64,000 nucleotides of DNA from Octopus sinensis (taxonomy: Eukaryota). Position 1 is the stretch's first letter. The number at the start of each line of letters is the position of its first letter. The stretch lies in contig NC_043009.1 in NCBI RefSeq assembly GCF_006345805.1, positions 39,804,001 through 39,868,000 of the forward strand, given 5' to 3'. A program made the position numbers and the translations under genes. The notes below the pieces were generated by a model, which was not told the DNA's origin, ran no database searches, and was given only the letters and a program-made list of their open reading frames with translations. Shown here in pieces: positions 39,543 through 52,857 of this stretch.

Positions 39543-41399
39543 CACTTCTTGATATCCTGTTGCTTATTTTGATTATGCATACATACATATATATAGATAT
39601 AAATATAGATTCAGAGAGAGAGAGAGAAAGGGATATATAGATACGCAGATAGTGTATATATATATATATAATATATAGAGAGAGAGAGAGAGAGTAGTAA
39701 AATTAGAGAAATTTTCTAACAGTGACCAGCGTGCATAAAATAGCCAACAGACAACATATTCTTCATATAAAATTAGTGTACGGATATAATATTATTTTAT
39801 TTGTTCATTAATTTTCGAAACCTAGGCACAAGTGGTAACTATTGAAAATGTTTTTATTTTTCATCCTCTTCGAAATTACTCTTAACCGTGGTTTGGGATT
39901 TGACTGTTCCTTTTAGCATGTAAGGTGTCATCTTAGGGTCACCTCTTTTGTGTATAAATGTACACTAATTTTATATGAAAAAAATATGTATATATGCATG
40001 TATATGTTGATATATACCTGACTATGCACAGTTACCTACTTGCACATATTGTAGATATGGAAGAATATTTCAGGTAAACGACTATAAAGCTTCGAACTTA
40101 ACATATATGCGTGAAAAAACAGGTAGGTTGGGGGCAAATACGATCAGGAAGAGGAATGAGAGTAATTTATTGTAGCCCTTGGGAGAAGACGTGTCCTATG
40201 TAAATATTATGTATTATTCATTATGGTTTCTGAAACGTGGTGTTTTCTAGTGCGCGAAAACATCGGTAAGGGCGTGATGACTGAGTGTCCAGTTGTATTA
40301 AAATACTTTGGGAGTGGGAATTGTATTTACGCGGAGCTCATAGAGAATGCCCTGCATATGCTTGCATAGTAGACGTCCCCAAAGACGCCATCTGATCCAG
40401 CGTATAGGCCACCAAATTATTGCATGAAAATGTAAGTTTAGCCTGTTGATATATGTATGTACAGGCAAGCTAAGTTTACATACTTGTGTTTGTCTGTGCA
40501 TTCGTGTGTGTATTAATGTGTGTGCAAAATTGTGTGCGTGTATATATGCTTGTATGTAAATATGTGCGTGTTTGTGAGTGTGTGTGTGGGTGTGTGTTTG
40601 GTCTTGTGCGTAATGGATATGATGCCTGAGTGTGTATGCTTGTATGTCCATAATTCAGACGACCGTGTATAGAGAGAAAAAAATGAGGCAGGAAGATGGA
40701 AAAGAAAGAAAATGATGATGTAAAAGAAGGAATGATTAAAATGAAATAAATTATTCATGTTTTATTGCTGTTTAATCCCAGATCAGCTGTGATCAAATGA
40801 CTAGAGATTGTCATCAGATCTACAGCCTCATCTAGTCGAGGACAACACAGCACATTGCGATGCAGTGTGGATAATTGTAAATAATGCAATGTAATATCCC
40901 GCATACTACCATAAATGTTTTATTATGTCTGCAGACTTTGGAACTAATCACAACAAAAGGGTGAAATGAACTTGGCCAGAACAAAATAACGACCGATCCT
41001 CTGTACTGTGTATCCCGTACAATTTTTGAAATGATAACGATGTTGATGCTCCTGGTATTGTTTTAGAAATGTCTTTTATGTTTGTATTTTATTTCTAGAA
41101 TGAGGTGAAAGAAATGTTGCCTGTAGACTACTATTTCTAATAGACTCCGGGCGTGTTATAAATATTCTACTTTGCTAATGGCTGATTGTATATATAAGTG
41201 ACAGGAACTGCGTAAGCTGAAGTTTACAGCGTTAGTAAATTCTCACCTCGTATATTCAGGTGCTCATTCATATTTAATATTGTTTGTTTCTTTGTGCAAG
41301 TGTGATGCGGGTATGTTTTATGTTTTCTGCGCAAGTCTGTGCTTGTAGTTAGTTTACTGCGATTTTCTTATGTAAGTGATTGGAGATCGAGACAAGGCT

Positions 41400-41660
41400 A
41401 ACGTAATATCTATGATGGATTGAAAAATCTATCAGCGACAACTCCAGACAATATCAATTAAAGCCAAACATCATTGTCACAACAAAAACATTACTAACAC
41501 AAAATACGAGAACCTACCAAGAATAACATAAAAGACCTCTACAATGTTCACAGTCAACTTAGAAGTAACAGAAAATAAGTGAGAAAAAGTAAAATCAAAA
41601 TGATGCCCAACCATACTGAGTACAACACCACATTCGGCCAATTCAAAGAACCAACACCAT
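41400..41660 (+). pseudogene. Possible LINE APE-endonuclease remnant
   Basis: LKPNIIVTTKTLLTQ resembles the APE PDII.ITET.L motif. A-rich strand bias. Weak. Confidence 0.3.
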
Positions 41661-41663
41661 AAA

Positions 41664-41729
41664 TGTATAAAGACTAATGCATTAATATATAAAGACTAAT
41701 GCATTAATGTATAAAGACTAATGCATTAA
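41664..41729. repeat. 22-bp minisatellite x3 (ataaagactaatgcattaatrt)
   Basis: Directly visible. Confidence 0.85.
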
Positions 41730-41907
41730 AGTAGTTATCTTCATAGACATAATTATATGTAAAAGAAATTTTAGAGGAAACCTGATTTTTGCAAATCTAT
41801 ATAGAACTGGGACGTGTCTACGATGTAAAGGAGGTAGGTCTGCTGGTTAATTGTCTGCGCGAATCCCATTACTCACATAATAGGTATATCTATCTATCTA
41901 TCTATCC

Positions 41908-41987
<80 letters not shown>

Positions 41988-42809
41988 GTCTGTCTATCTA
42001 TCTATCTATTTCACTTTATATATAATATAATATAATATATAATATATATATAATATAATATATATATATAGAGAGAGAGACAGAGAGAAAGGCGAGAGAG
42101 AGAGAAAATAATATGGGCATATATATATGTATATGTATGTATAAATATATGCGTGTGAGCGTGTGTGCGTGTGTGTGCGTATATGTGTATGTGCATATAT
42201 AATATCTATTACCAAAGTAATGTGATTCAATCAGACAATTAAATTAGTTTCAATTTGAAGATTTTTTCTTACTCTTTATTCCAATTTTTTCCTTTACCAT
42301 ATTTCGATTTGTATTTACTTAGAGTAAATGTATCTAAAGTAAATACAGACTCTATATTTACAGAATATATATAGAAACCTATAAAAAAAGCATTTAAATA
42401 AATATAATTGTCTGAGTTTTCTGGTGCAATATTTTTACTTATATCTTCTTACGACATGGAAGGAAATAGAACCCCGTCACGGTGTCTTGCAATATATTGT
42501 TCGAAGCCGGAATATTCCTCGTGGGCCGTCTATGGGCTTTGGTTTATATATCTACGGGACTGATAATGAAACCAAAATGAACAAGGAAAATAGAAAACTA
42601 GTATTGAGTATTTTGAATTAATGAAATGAATAAGCAAATTTTTGAAGTTCACTTATTAAATGCCATTAAATATAAATGTAATAATTAAATATTCTCTTTG
42701 GTTAAATAATTTCGAATATATTCTTGTAATTTCTTAAGAATATTTCCAGTTTTGTTATTAATCATTAATATCTAAGACAGCGAGTAGGCAGAATCTTTAA
42801 GCACGTCGA

Positions 42810-43205
42810 AGGCAGCGAGCTGGCAGAAACGTTAGCACGCCGGGTGAATTGCTTAGCCGTATTTCATCTGCCGTTACGTTCTGAGTTCAAATTCCGCCGA
42901 GGTCGACTTTGCCTTTCATCCTTTCTGGGTAGATTAAATAAGTACCAGTTACGCACTGGGGTCGATGTAATCGACTTAATCCGTTTGTCTGTCCTTGTTT
43001 GTCACCTCTGTGTTTAGCCCCTTGTGGGTAATAAAGAAATAGGTATTCCGTCTATCTTTATGTTCTGAGTTCAAAATCCGCCGAGGTCGACTTTACCTTT
43101 CATCCTTTCAGGGGTCGATAAATTAAGTACTAGTTGCGTACTGGGATCGATCTAACCAACTGGCCCACTCTCCAAAAATTTCGGCACTTGTGCCTAGTCT
43201 AGAAA
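42810..43205 (+). mobile_element. SINE family A with two modules; further degenerate copies flank it
   Basis: Same module junction aagaaataggtatt as in the 37-kb copy. Confidence 0.85.
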
Positions 43206-43789
43206 AGAATCTTTAGCGTGTCGGATTAAATGCTTAACGGCATTTCTTCTGGCATTTTATGGCTAGAGATCAAATACCGCTGAAGTGGACTTTGTCTTAA
43301 ATCCTTTTGGGATCGATAAAATGAAGCACCAGTCAAGTACTGTGGTGGCCATGTGTTAGAGTTTATATTTTAGGTATGGTTATTTTCTAGTAATCAATCA
43401 TTGAAAGATTTTTACGAAACAAGTTTTAACGCGCTTATCGAAGTGTGACAATATTATTCTTCATTTATTTGTCGGTCCTTCAAAATTGTTTTTAAAACAA
43501 AAGTGTTGCTATTAAAACTTAATTTTTTAACGAATGAAAAAAAAAAAAAAATACGAACCGGATATGAAATAGGTTGGCTTTTACGCATTCATATATTCGT
43601 TCTGCTTATTCAGGATATTTAAATCTCTTTTTGTATTTTCCCGTATTGTTTTCGTTTCATTATCACTACTGCCGATATATGTACTTAAAACCAAAGATCG
43701 GTTTTAGTTCAAATCCATTAAAAATCGGCTTTGCTTTATATCACTCTAAAGTCAATAAAATATGCACTTGTCAATATGATGGAAAGCAA

Positions 43790-44110
43790 TTCAGAAGACT
43801 TTAGCTTTCATCTTTTGAAAACTGGCGCTCAACTGAAAAAGTCCTCACATTGGAACAATTATCCAATGACGTTTTTAATAGGACTAGTATTTTATTCATT
43901 AGGATATCTGGCGTTTCTTCTTTTTTCCTGAATTTTCTTTTCATTATCATAAAGTGCGTTTTTATATCTTTGTACGAAACTGAGGGTTCCAGTAGATAAA
44001 TCTTTTCGTATTTTAAAAAGGTTTTTTGTAAATTGGCCGCATCTGAAAATATGTGATGCAATGTTGCTAGGTGCATTCAGCAGAATCGGTCTCATTCAGT
44101 GATAAATGGT
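43790..44110 (-). pseudogene. Possible hAT-like transposase C-terminal remnant
   Basis: NCSNVRTFSVERQFSK resembles the hAT S..VERxFS motif. Single motif only. Confidence 0.3.
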
Positions 44111-44161
44111 TCCTTGATACATGCACACATACATATATTTATATATTTATATTTATATATA

Positions 44162-44228
<67 letters not shown>

Positions 44229-44247
44229 ATGTATGTATATATATATG

Positions 44248-44291
<44 letters not shown>

Positions 44292-44505
44292 TATTTTATT
44301 ATATACATAATCATATATATATATATATTCTTTTACTTGTTTCAGTCAGTTGACTGCGGTCTTGCTGAACCCGGATCCAGGTGGTTGAAGCAAGCATCGT
44401 GCCACAGAGCCACACCTGTGCCTTCTATTTATCTATCATTTATTTATATATCTATCTATCTATTTATCTATCTGTCTATCTATCTGTCTATCTATCTATC
44501 CATAA

Positions 44506-44565
<60 letters not shown>

Positions 44566-44961
44566 CATGTATGTATTTATTCACGCATGGTGGCTGAAAC
44601 GAATAAAAGAGTATATATTTACTGAACAGCAATCTTTATAACGGGAATGTATTATGAGAATGCCGAATACCGCGCCACTCGTATTGAGAGCTCATCTCAC
44701 ATAAAAATGTATAGTAACAGGCGGTTCTGCCACGATATATGTCCCTCACAGTATAAGGAGATCTGTCAAGTCGAATACCGCAGTATTAGGCGTTCTAATA
44801 ATACAGCCACGTTAAGTAAGATATGAAGATTTCCATTCGGTATCAGAATTGCTTCCATATTTGATATTTTGTTTGAATGTGTGTATATCTATATAATACA
44901 GGTATATATATATATATGTATATATATATATGTATATATATTATATATATAATATATATAT

Positions 44962-47454
44962 ATTTATATATAGAGGGCAATAATTATACATACATGCCAG
45001 GAGGCATTATATATACATGCCAAACGCTAAGAGGGACAATCAGTCATTTCTTCTACCAAAAAAAATATTACTAATCCCACCGAATGCAATTTTTCAAAGT
45101 AAGACATTTAAAAATATAGGCCTGTATCACAGTGATTTCATACTTACGTAATCATCAGCAGGCCTGAATGTATTATAAATAAACAACGACCCTGCCTCGC
45201 TTAAGCCGAACAGCTAACTGATCAACATCAACGAAGCACATGGGTGAGTTTATATATATTACATCCGGGTGAATGGCAGACTTTTACAAAATTGCATTTC
45301 GGGAGAGGAAAAGTTTTTTCGGAATAAAAATTTTGCAATTAAGGACAACTACTTAATAAGGAAAACTTAACAGAAATGTCAGGTAGATAGCGTAAAAACC
45401 TCATAAGAGAAAAAATTTCGAAAATAATTATTTCTTATTGAACATATTAATTTAATATAGAGGGCATAATTATACATACTGCCAGGAGCATTATATATAC
45501 TGCCAAACGCTAAGAGGGACAATCAGTCATTTCTACCAAAAATATTACTAATCCCACCGAATGCAATTTTTCAAAGTAAGACATTTAAAAATATAGGCCT
45601 GTATCACAGTGATTTCATACTTACGTATCATCAGCAGGCCTGAATGTATTTAAATAAACAACGACCCTGCCTCGCTTAAGCCGAACAGCTAACTGATCAA
45701 CATCAACGAAGCCATGGGTGAGTTTATATATATTACACATCCGGTGAATGGCAGACTTTTACAAAATTGCATTTCGCGAGAGGAAAAGTTTTTTCGGAAT
45801 AAAAATTTTGCAATTAAGGACAACTACTTAATAAGGAAAACTTAACAAGAAATTGTCAGGTAGATAGCGTAAAAACCTCTAAGAGAAAAAATTTCGAAAA
45901 TAATTATTTCTTATTGAACATATTAATTATATATAGAGGGCATAATTATACATCAATGCAGGAGGCATATATATACATGCAAACGCTAAGAGGGACAATC
46001 AGTTCATCTTTTCACCAAAATATTACTAATCCCACCGAATGCAATTTTTCAAAGTAAGACATTTAAAATATATGCCTGTATCACAGTGATTTCATCCTTA
46101 CGTAATCATCAGCAGGCCTGAATTATATAAATAAACAACGACCCTGCCTCGCTTAAGCCGAACAGCTAACTGATCAACACAAGCAAACACCATGGGTGAG
46201 TTTATATATATTACATCCGGGTGAATGGCAGACTTTTACAAAATTGCATTTCGCGAGAGGAAAAGTTTTTTCGGAATAAAAATTTTGCAATTAAGGACAC
46301 TACTTAATAAGGAAAACTTACCAAGAAATTGTCAGGTAGATAGCGTAAAAACTCATAATAGAAAAAATTTCGAAAATAATTATTTCTTATTGAACATATT
46401 AATTTATATATAGAGGGCATAATTATACATACATGCCAGGAGGCATTATATATACATGCCAAACGCTAAGAGGGACAATCAGTCATTTCTACCAAAAATA
46501 TTACTAATCCCACCGAATGCAATTTTTCAAAGTAAGACATTTAAAAATATAGGCTGTATCACAGTGATTTCATACTTACGTAATCATCAGCAGGCCTGAA
46601 TGTATTATAAATAAACAACGACCCTGCCTCGCTTAAGGGTCGTTGTTTATTTATAATACATTCAGGCTGCTGATGATTCGTAAGTATGAAATCACTGTGA
46701 TACAGGCCTATATTTTTAAATGTCTACTTTGAAAAATTGCATTCGGTGGGATTAGTAATATTTTTTGGTAGAAAAGGAAATGACTGATTGTCCCTCTTAG
46801 CGTTTGGCATTATATATATGCCTCCTGGCATGTATGTATAATTATGCCTCTATATATAAATTAATATGTTCAATAAGAAATAATTATTTTCGAAATGTTT
46901 CTCTTATGAGGTTTTTACGCTATCTACCTGACAATTTCTTGTTAAGTTTTCCTTATTAAGTAGTTGTCCTTAATTGCAAATTTTTATTCCGAAAAAACTT
47001 TCCTCTCCCGAAATGCAATTTTGTAAAAGTCTGCCATTCACCCGGATGTAATATATATAAACTCACCAGTGCTTCGTTGATGTTGATCAGTTAGCTGTTC
47101 GGCCTTAAGCGAGGCAGGGTCGTTGTTTATTTATAATACATTCAGGCCTGTGATGATTACGTAAGTATGAAATCACTGTGATACAGGCCTATATTTTTAA
47201 TGTCTTACTTTGAAAAATTGCATTCGGTGGGTTAGTATATTTTTGGTAGAGATGACTGATTGTCCCTCTTAGCGTTTGGCATGTATATATAATGCCTCCT
47301 GGCATGTATGTATAATTATGCCCGCTATATATAAATTAATATGTTCAATAAGAAATAATTATTTTCGAAATTTTTTCTCTATGAGGTTTTTACGCTATCT
47401 ACCTGACAATTTCTTGTTAAGTTCTCCTTATTAAGTAGTTGTCCTTAATTGCAA
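44962..47454 (-). mobile_element. Retrozyme-like tandem array 2 (~480-bp unit, ~3.5 copies) with 818-bp head-to-head inverted arm
   Basis: tagagggc recurs at 44971, 45458, 45934 and 46411. Fold-back centre 46625-46636; inverted arm 46637-47454. Six HHR copies. Confidence 0.85.
45118..45165 (-). ncRNA. Type I HHR (array 2, best copy)
   Basis: AGGCCUG-CUGAUGA-U-UAC-GUAA-GUA-U-GAAA-UCAC-U-GUGA-UA-CAGGCCU. Other copies at ~45595, ~46073, ~46551 (minus) and ~46664, ~47144 (plus). Confidence 0.9.
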
Positions 47455-47466
47455 TATATATTGATA

Positions 47467-47506
<40 letters not shown>

Positions 47507-47672
47507 AGAGAGAGAGAGAGATGCATACATACAATACATGCAATGCACATAAATATACATATATATTCACCACACACCTCACAAATACGTGCATGCATAA
47601 AACACACAAAACACACCACACACACCACACACACACACACACAAACATATATATATATACATATATATGTAA

Positions 47673-48085
47673 ACGCAGGCGTGGCTGTGTGAGAAGAAGC
47701 TTGGTCCAAACCACATGTTTCCGCGTTCGTTACCACTGTGTGGCACCTTGGGCAAGCGTTTTCTTCTATAGCCTCAGGCCGACCCAGCCTTGTGAGTGGA
47801 TTTGAAACTGAAAAAAGCCCGTTGTATACATACATGCATGTGTGTGTGTGTGTGTTTATATCTAAGTGTCTGTGTTTTTTTTACCCGACTACCGCTTGAG
47901 AACTGATGTCGGTGTGTTTACGTTTCCATTACTTAGCGGTTCGGCAAAAGGGAGAGATAGAATAAGTAGTGGGTTTTAAAAAATAATTCTCGGGGTCGAT
48001 GTATTCTAGTAAGACACTTCAAGGCGGTGTCCCAGCATGGCCGCAGTCAAATGATTGAAACAAGAAAAGATAACAGATAAAAGAT
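47673..48085 (+). mobile_element. SINE family B, near full length
   Basis: gcaggcgtggctgtgtg head, caccttgggcaag CORE-like motif, and tail ccagcatggccgcagtcaaatgattgaaacaag. Confidence 0.85.
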
Positions 48086-48175
48086 ATACCACTAAAAAAG
48101 ATGCAAGGGTTATAAACAAAGAAATAAGAAGCATTGCAAACAAGCGGTTGGTTTAACTGTTGATATAAACTATAT

Positions 48176-48337
48176 AGGCGTAGGAGTGGCTGTGTGGTAA
48201 GTAGCTTGCTTACCAACCACATGGTTTCGGATTCAATCCCACTGTGTTGCACCTTGGTCGAGTGTCTTCTACTATAGCCTCAGGCTGACCCAACCCTTGT
48301 GAATGGATTTGGTAGACGGAAACTGAAAGAAGCCCGT

Positions 48338-48427
<90 letters not shown>

Positions 48428-48650
48428 CATGTATATTTGTGAGTCTGTGTTTGTCCCCCCAACATCGTTTGACAACTGATGTTGGTATGTTTACGTCCCT
48501 GTAACTTAGCGGTTCGGCAACAGAGACCGATAGAATAAGTACTAGGCTTACAAAGAATAAGTCCAGGGGGCGATTTGCTCGACTAATGGTGGTGCTCTAG
48601 CATGGCCACAGTCAAACGACTGAAACAAATAAAAGAGTAAAAGAGTAAAA
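48176..48650 (+). mobile_element. SINE family B, near full length
   Basis: Same organisation as the preceding copy. Confidence 0.85.
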
Positions 48651-49622
48651 GTGTATATCACCACCGAAAAGGCCCGAACAGTTCCTACACTACTGGAAAG
48701 AGAGACTTAACTTGTGATTCTCTTCCCTCTGTTCAGGTAATTTATCCTTCAGATAGTGTAGAAAAACAAAAATATTTCGTAGTGTTCGTGTTGATCACAT
48801 GGTGAGATACACAATTAGCTGGTTCTCAATATCACTTAATGTATCATGTGAGATTTGTCATTAAGTATTTCAACTACCAACTTAAATGTCAACTTTAATT
48901 CTTATGTTGATGGTATGTACAAGAAGAATATGTAAAAGCACGCATACAACAACCATTAGCATACACACATACACACGCAAATACATATATATTCGCACAC
49001 ATACGCACTTAGATACATTCATACATATAGGTCACTCAACATATCCGACCTCCTACCTACTCGACAGACACATACGTAGTCTATGAAGTACACAGGAAAT
49101 AGTCGTACGCATATACAGAGCAGATATATTCGGGAGTAGATGTCTATACATACATTCTTCTGTCTAGTAAGCCTGACATATATGCGATGTGTACTGTTAT
49201 CAGACTTCACTTAAGAATTTCCTCATACGCCCTTCTCTGTAACGCCTTAACGGAGAACAATAAAATCTCTTTCTCTCGCTTTTTGTGTGTTTGTTACATA
49301 CAGCTTTACTTCATTTGTTTAGATGCAGATGTATGTACGTATGCTACTATGTATGCGTACACAAATACATTCACTCACACACATATATATATATACACAC
49401 ACATGTCCGTTCTTCAATGCTTCAATATAAATATACCTATGTATGTATGTGATTGAGTATGTGTGCATGCCGATGTCTCAGCTGTATACTTTTGTATATG
49501 TTCGTCTCTGTGTGTATGTGTGTGCACGTGTGTCTGTCTGTCTATCTATCTATCTATCTATCAATCTAGCTATCTATATGCAGATAGAGTCATGTTTATA
49601 TATATAATATATATATATATAT

Positions 49623-49679
<57 letters not shown>

Positions 49680-49684
49680 CATAT

Positions 49685-49729
<45 letters not shown>

Positions 49730-49916
49730 ATATGCACGCATTTGTATATATAAATGCATAAACACACATATATATATATACACTTATATATATATGTATA
49801 TATATATACATATATATATATGTAAATTGTACAAAATTAGAAGATTAGAAGACAGACAAATGAAGGAATAACAAACAAAGTGTATTAGTCTGGCACTCAG
49901 AAAATATGGAGAAATT

Positions 49917-49951
49917 ATGTGACGTTTCGGGCATACGCTCTTCTACAGAAA
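49917..49951 (-). ncRNA. Minimal HHR, degenerate
   Basis: UUU-CUGUAGA-A-GAGC-GUAU-GCCC-GAAA-CG-UC-ACA. Confidence 0.5.
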
Positions 49952-50633
49952 GAAATGGCGAAAGAAACAATGGAGAGAAATAGAGAAATAACAAAACTAT
50001 GAGAGAAAAAATTGTCTGTGCATATAAATGTGTGTATATATATATATATATATAATATATATATATATATGAGAGTATAGGGGACAGAAACTAGTCAAAA
50101 TAACGACGTGTTATTTAGTTTTATAGCACGAGCACACTATGCTCGTATTCACACAATAAAATTGCTATACTTGCTCGACGTCCACTTTCTCAATCTTAGA
50201 AAAGGTACCGAAAAATTCCATGACTCAGTTAATTCCTCTCAATGTACCAGAAACCTTCCTGAATTTAAACAATAAATACTTTCCTACTGCCTACAAACGT
50301 AGGAAATTAGTTAAATAATCACCATCTCATCTCAAATCAAGATACAGTTGAGTCACGAATGTGAAGAATATTATATCACCGTCGGTAAAAACAAACTGAT
50401 GCCAATTGCTCGTGTAGAATTATATTACAACTAAATAGGTTTTACAATATAGGTACCGTTATAAAGTCGATGTTATCTCCATTATGTGATATATAAACGT
50501 TCTAAAGGCATGACTGAGAAGTACTTCAAACAAAGATATTACAAACATACTACCCCTTTCAGCCACATTGCAAAGATAAATGTAACTTTGTTATTCAACT
50601 ACATCTGGTAATCTTTTGATGGTGTATATATAT

Positions 50634-50710
<77 letters not shown>

Positions 50711-50747
50711 TATAAATATGAGGACACACGCATGTATGCATACACAT

Positions 50748-52689
50748 TAGGGTGATGACCCTTTTAAAGTCGAGTAAGGCCAGGGCACCAGAAGGTGAAC
50801 TTTATGGTATAATGACAAAAAATCATAATTATTTCTTTCTATGACGCAAAATACTCCCCCACCGATGACAATATATTTGGCAACACTTTTATTAGGGACA
50901 TATAATGTTAATGTAATAAGCGCAGCCTAATACAACAACGGCTTTCAAAGATCCTTGTTGGTTAAAACAAATCGTAGATTTAATTTTTCAGAAGACCTGC
51001 AATCTAATTCCTCCATTATTTTTATTGTAATTTCCGTGTATATGTTTGAACGCTAAACAGCTTGAATTACTGATTCTTCAAGATTCCAATTAACTTTTAA
51101 ACAATTTCTTGCTTTAGTATATCGAGAAACTGCTTCTGAAAATTCCTAGTAGGCCATGCTGTCAAAGCTTTGTTCACAAAACCACATTTCCAACCAGTTT
51201 CCGCTGATAAAACAACACACATCGTAGAGTTTTTCGCTACTTTGTGGTAGAAGCATGTGTGTGAGGATGGCCAAGATTGCTCGTAAATTCCAACGTGCAT
51301 GGCTAAATCTAGGAAGTTTACTGAACTTAATTTCTGAGAAAAGGCTTTGTTGCTGATGAAATCGGAAAGCATGACCAAGTCCAAATAAAAAACTTAAGGT
51401 AATCTCTCCAACTTGGATTATCACCTATTTGAAGTTTTGCTTTGCTTTGTTTCCATTCTGCCACTAAATCCCCATAGTTTTTTTTAATCGTCTATGAACA
51501 GATATGATATATTTGGTGATGCAGTTTTTCCTTTCTTTGTATCATCCCTCTCATGTTTTACGAGGCGGTCTAACACATGATGTTGGCAACCAATGTATTG
51601 AGCTGCAGGATATCCACGCTTTACAAATTCGTTATGCAGTTGAATGACCACTCCAGTATGCTTTCCTGTATTTACACTACATGCGTCTGTGATGATCATT
51701 TTGATTTCTGGCCACAATTCGTTATCATTCGAAACTTCCTTTAGTCCTTGAAAAATTGTATCTGCTTGCTATTCTAATTTCTCTTGCGTTGTTTTTCACT
51801 ACAACGACTTGTATTTCTTTACACTTCATAACCTTTCCATCAAAATGGAGCACCCACTGGTAATTTTTTAAAGTTTCTTTTAGTTCCTGCTTCATCTTTG
51901 CGGCTTCTCTCGTGGCAGAATTGTACGCTTCTGACTGTGATGGAGTGGGAAGAAGTACTCCTTCCTCTCTCAGATGTTTGCAGACGTTGGCTACTATATG
52001 ACTGCTTGAATTCTATTTTTTCAGCAAGTTCATTGCTTTCTGAGTTGAGTGATGTTGTTGTTTAGAGGTGCCAACTTGTCCGTCTATTGGTAATGTGATT
52101 TCATCTACAGAATCAGAAGCAGGGGTTTCTGATGATGATGATGATGATGATGTATCTGTAAGTAATTGAGTACATATTAGTGACATCAATGCACACAAAG
52201 TAATTTATGTAATATTTGAGAATTTTTTAGGCACGTTACTTTCCCTTTCCTGCATTCACTCTTCCTTTCATTAGATTAGAGATTGCCTCCAATAATTATT
52301 CTTCCATTTTTGGAAGTCTTCGAGAATTGAACATATGATTTTAGAAAATAGTATACAAGAATTCAATGTTTTCAATATCGAGTTCTCTTGCTTGTTATAT
52401 ACTGCCCAACCCGATACACTCGTTAGAGCGTCGGATAGATAATAACTCAAAATATTCAGAGTTTATGCAGTACGATCGTTTCATGCAACTCCATTTAATT
52501 GAACAATGCAATCATTACATCAATTTAAAATCTAGAGCAATCTTCAGCTGCACAAGGACATATAATTAAGTTAAATTAGAACAGATGGACACGTTAGCAT
52601 AATCATACCAAAAATCTCCAAGAAGTTAAGTAGATAGACAAAGAACATGTTGTACCTACAACAGCATAGCCGTAATTTTAATCACCTTA
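50748..52689 (-). mobile_element. Decayed DDE transposon, hAT-like (hATm-type)
   Basis: Frameshifted QWVLHFDGK ... IKMIITDACSVNTGKHTGVV ... YIGCQHHVLDRL (CxxH) ... ARWNLRAIL ... RSNIYTEITIK. Candidate ends TAGGGTGAT (50748) and ATCACCTTA (52681-52689). Confidence 0.65.
52465..52553 (-). ncRNA. Type I HHR, family of 38803/39455
   Basis: GUGCAG-CUGAAGA-U-UGC...GCA-U-GAAA-CGAUCG-UA-CUGCAU. Confidence 0.85.
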
Positions 52690-52798
52690 TTTTGAAATTG
52701 TATACATAATACCGTACTAAATTCTGGTGCCTAAACTTAAGTACCATATTCATCTGAATCTAAATTTTTGCTTCATATATATATATATATATAATATA

Positions 52799-52857
<59 letters not shown>

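Larger units (their letters stand above)
38771..39574 (+). mobile_element. 5'-truncated Penelope-like element with inverted pLTR and an HHR in each arm
   Basis: Arms 38771-39044 and 39316-39574. The spacer ends VKTLNPDANNQLKL* (39277-39321), resembling the PLE L.TLxPxGLN terminus. Confidence 0.75.

Noticed and set aside
40251-40431. Candidate plus-strand exon (RENIGKGVMTECP...)
   Set aside because: The only longer frame stops after 38 codons and has no recognisable homology.
20851-47454. CRISPR or centromeric-satellite interpretation of the arrays
   Set aside because: There is no repeat-spacer structure, the context is eukaryotic, copy number is low, and each unit has an HHR.
51350-51375. 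CUGAUGAaatcgGAAA
   Set aside because: No stems; antisense to the transposase.
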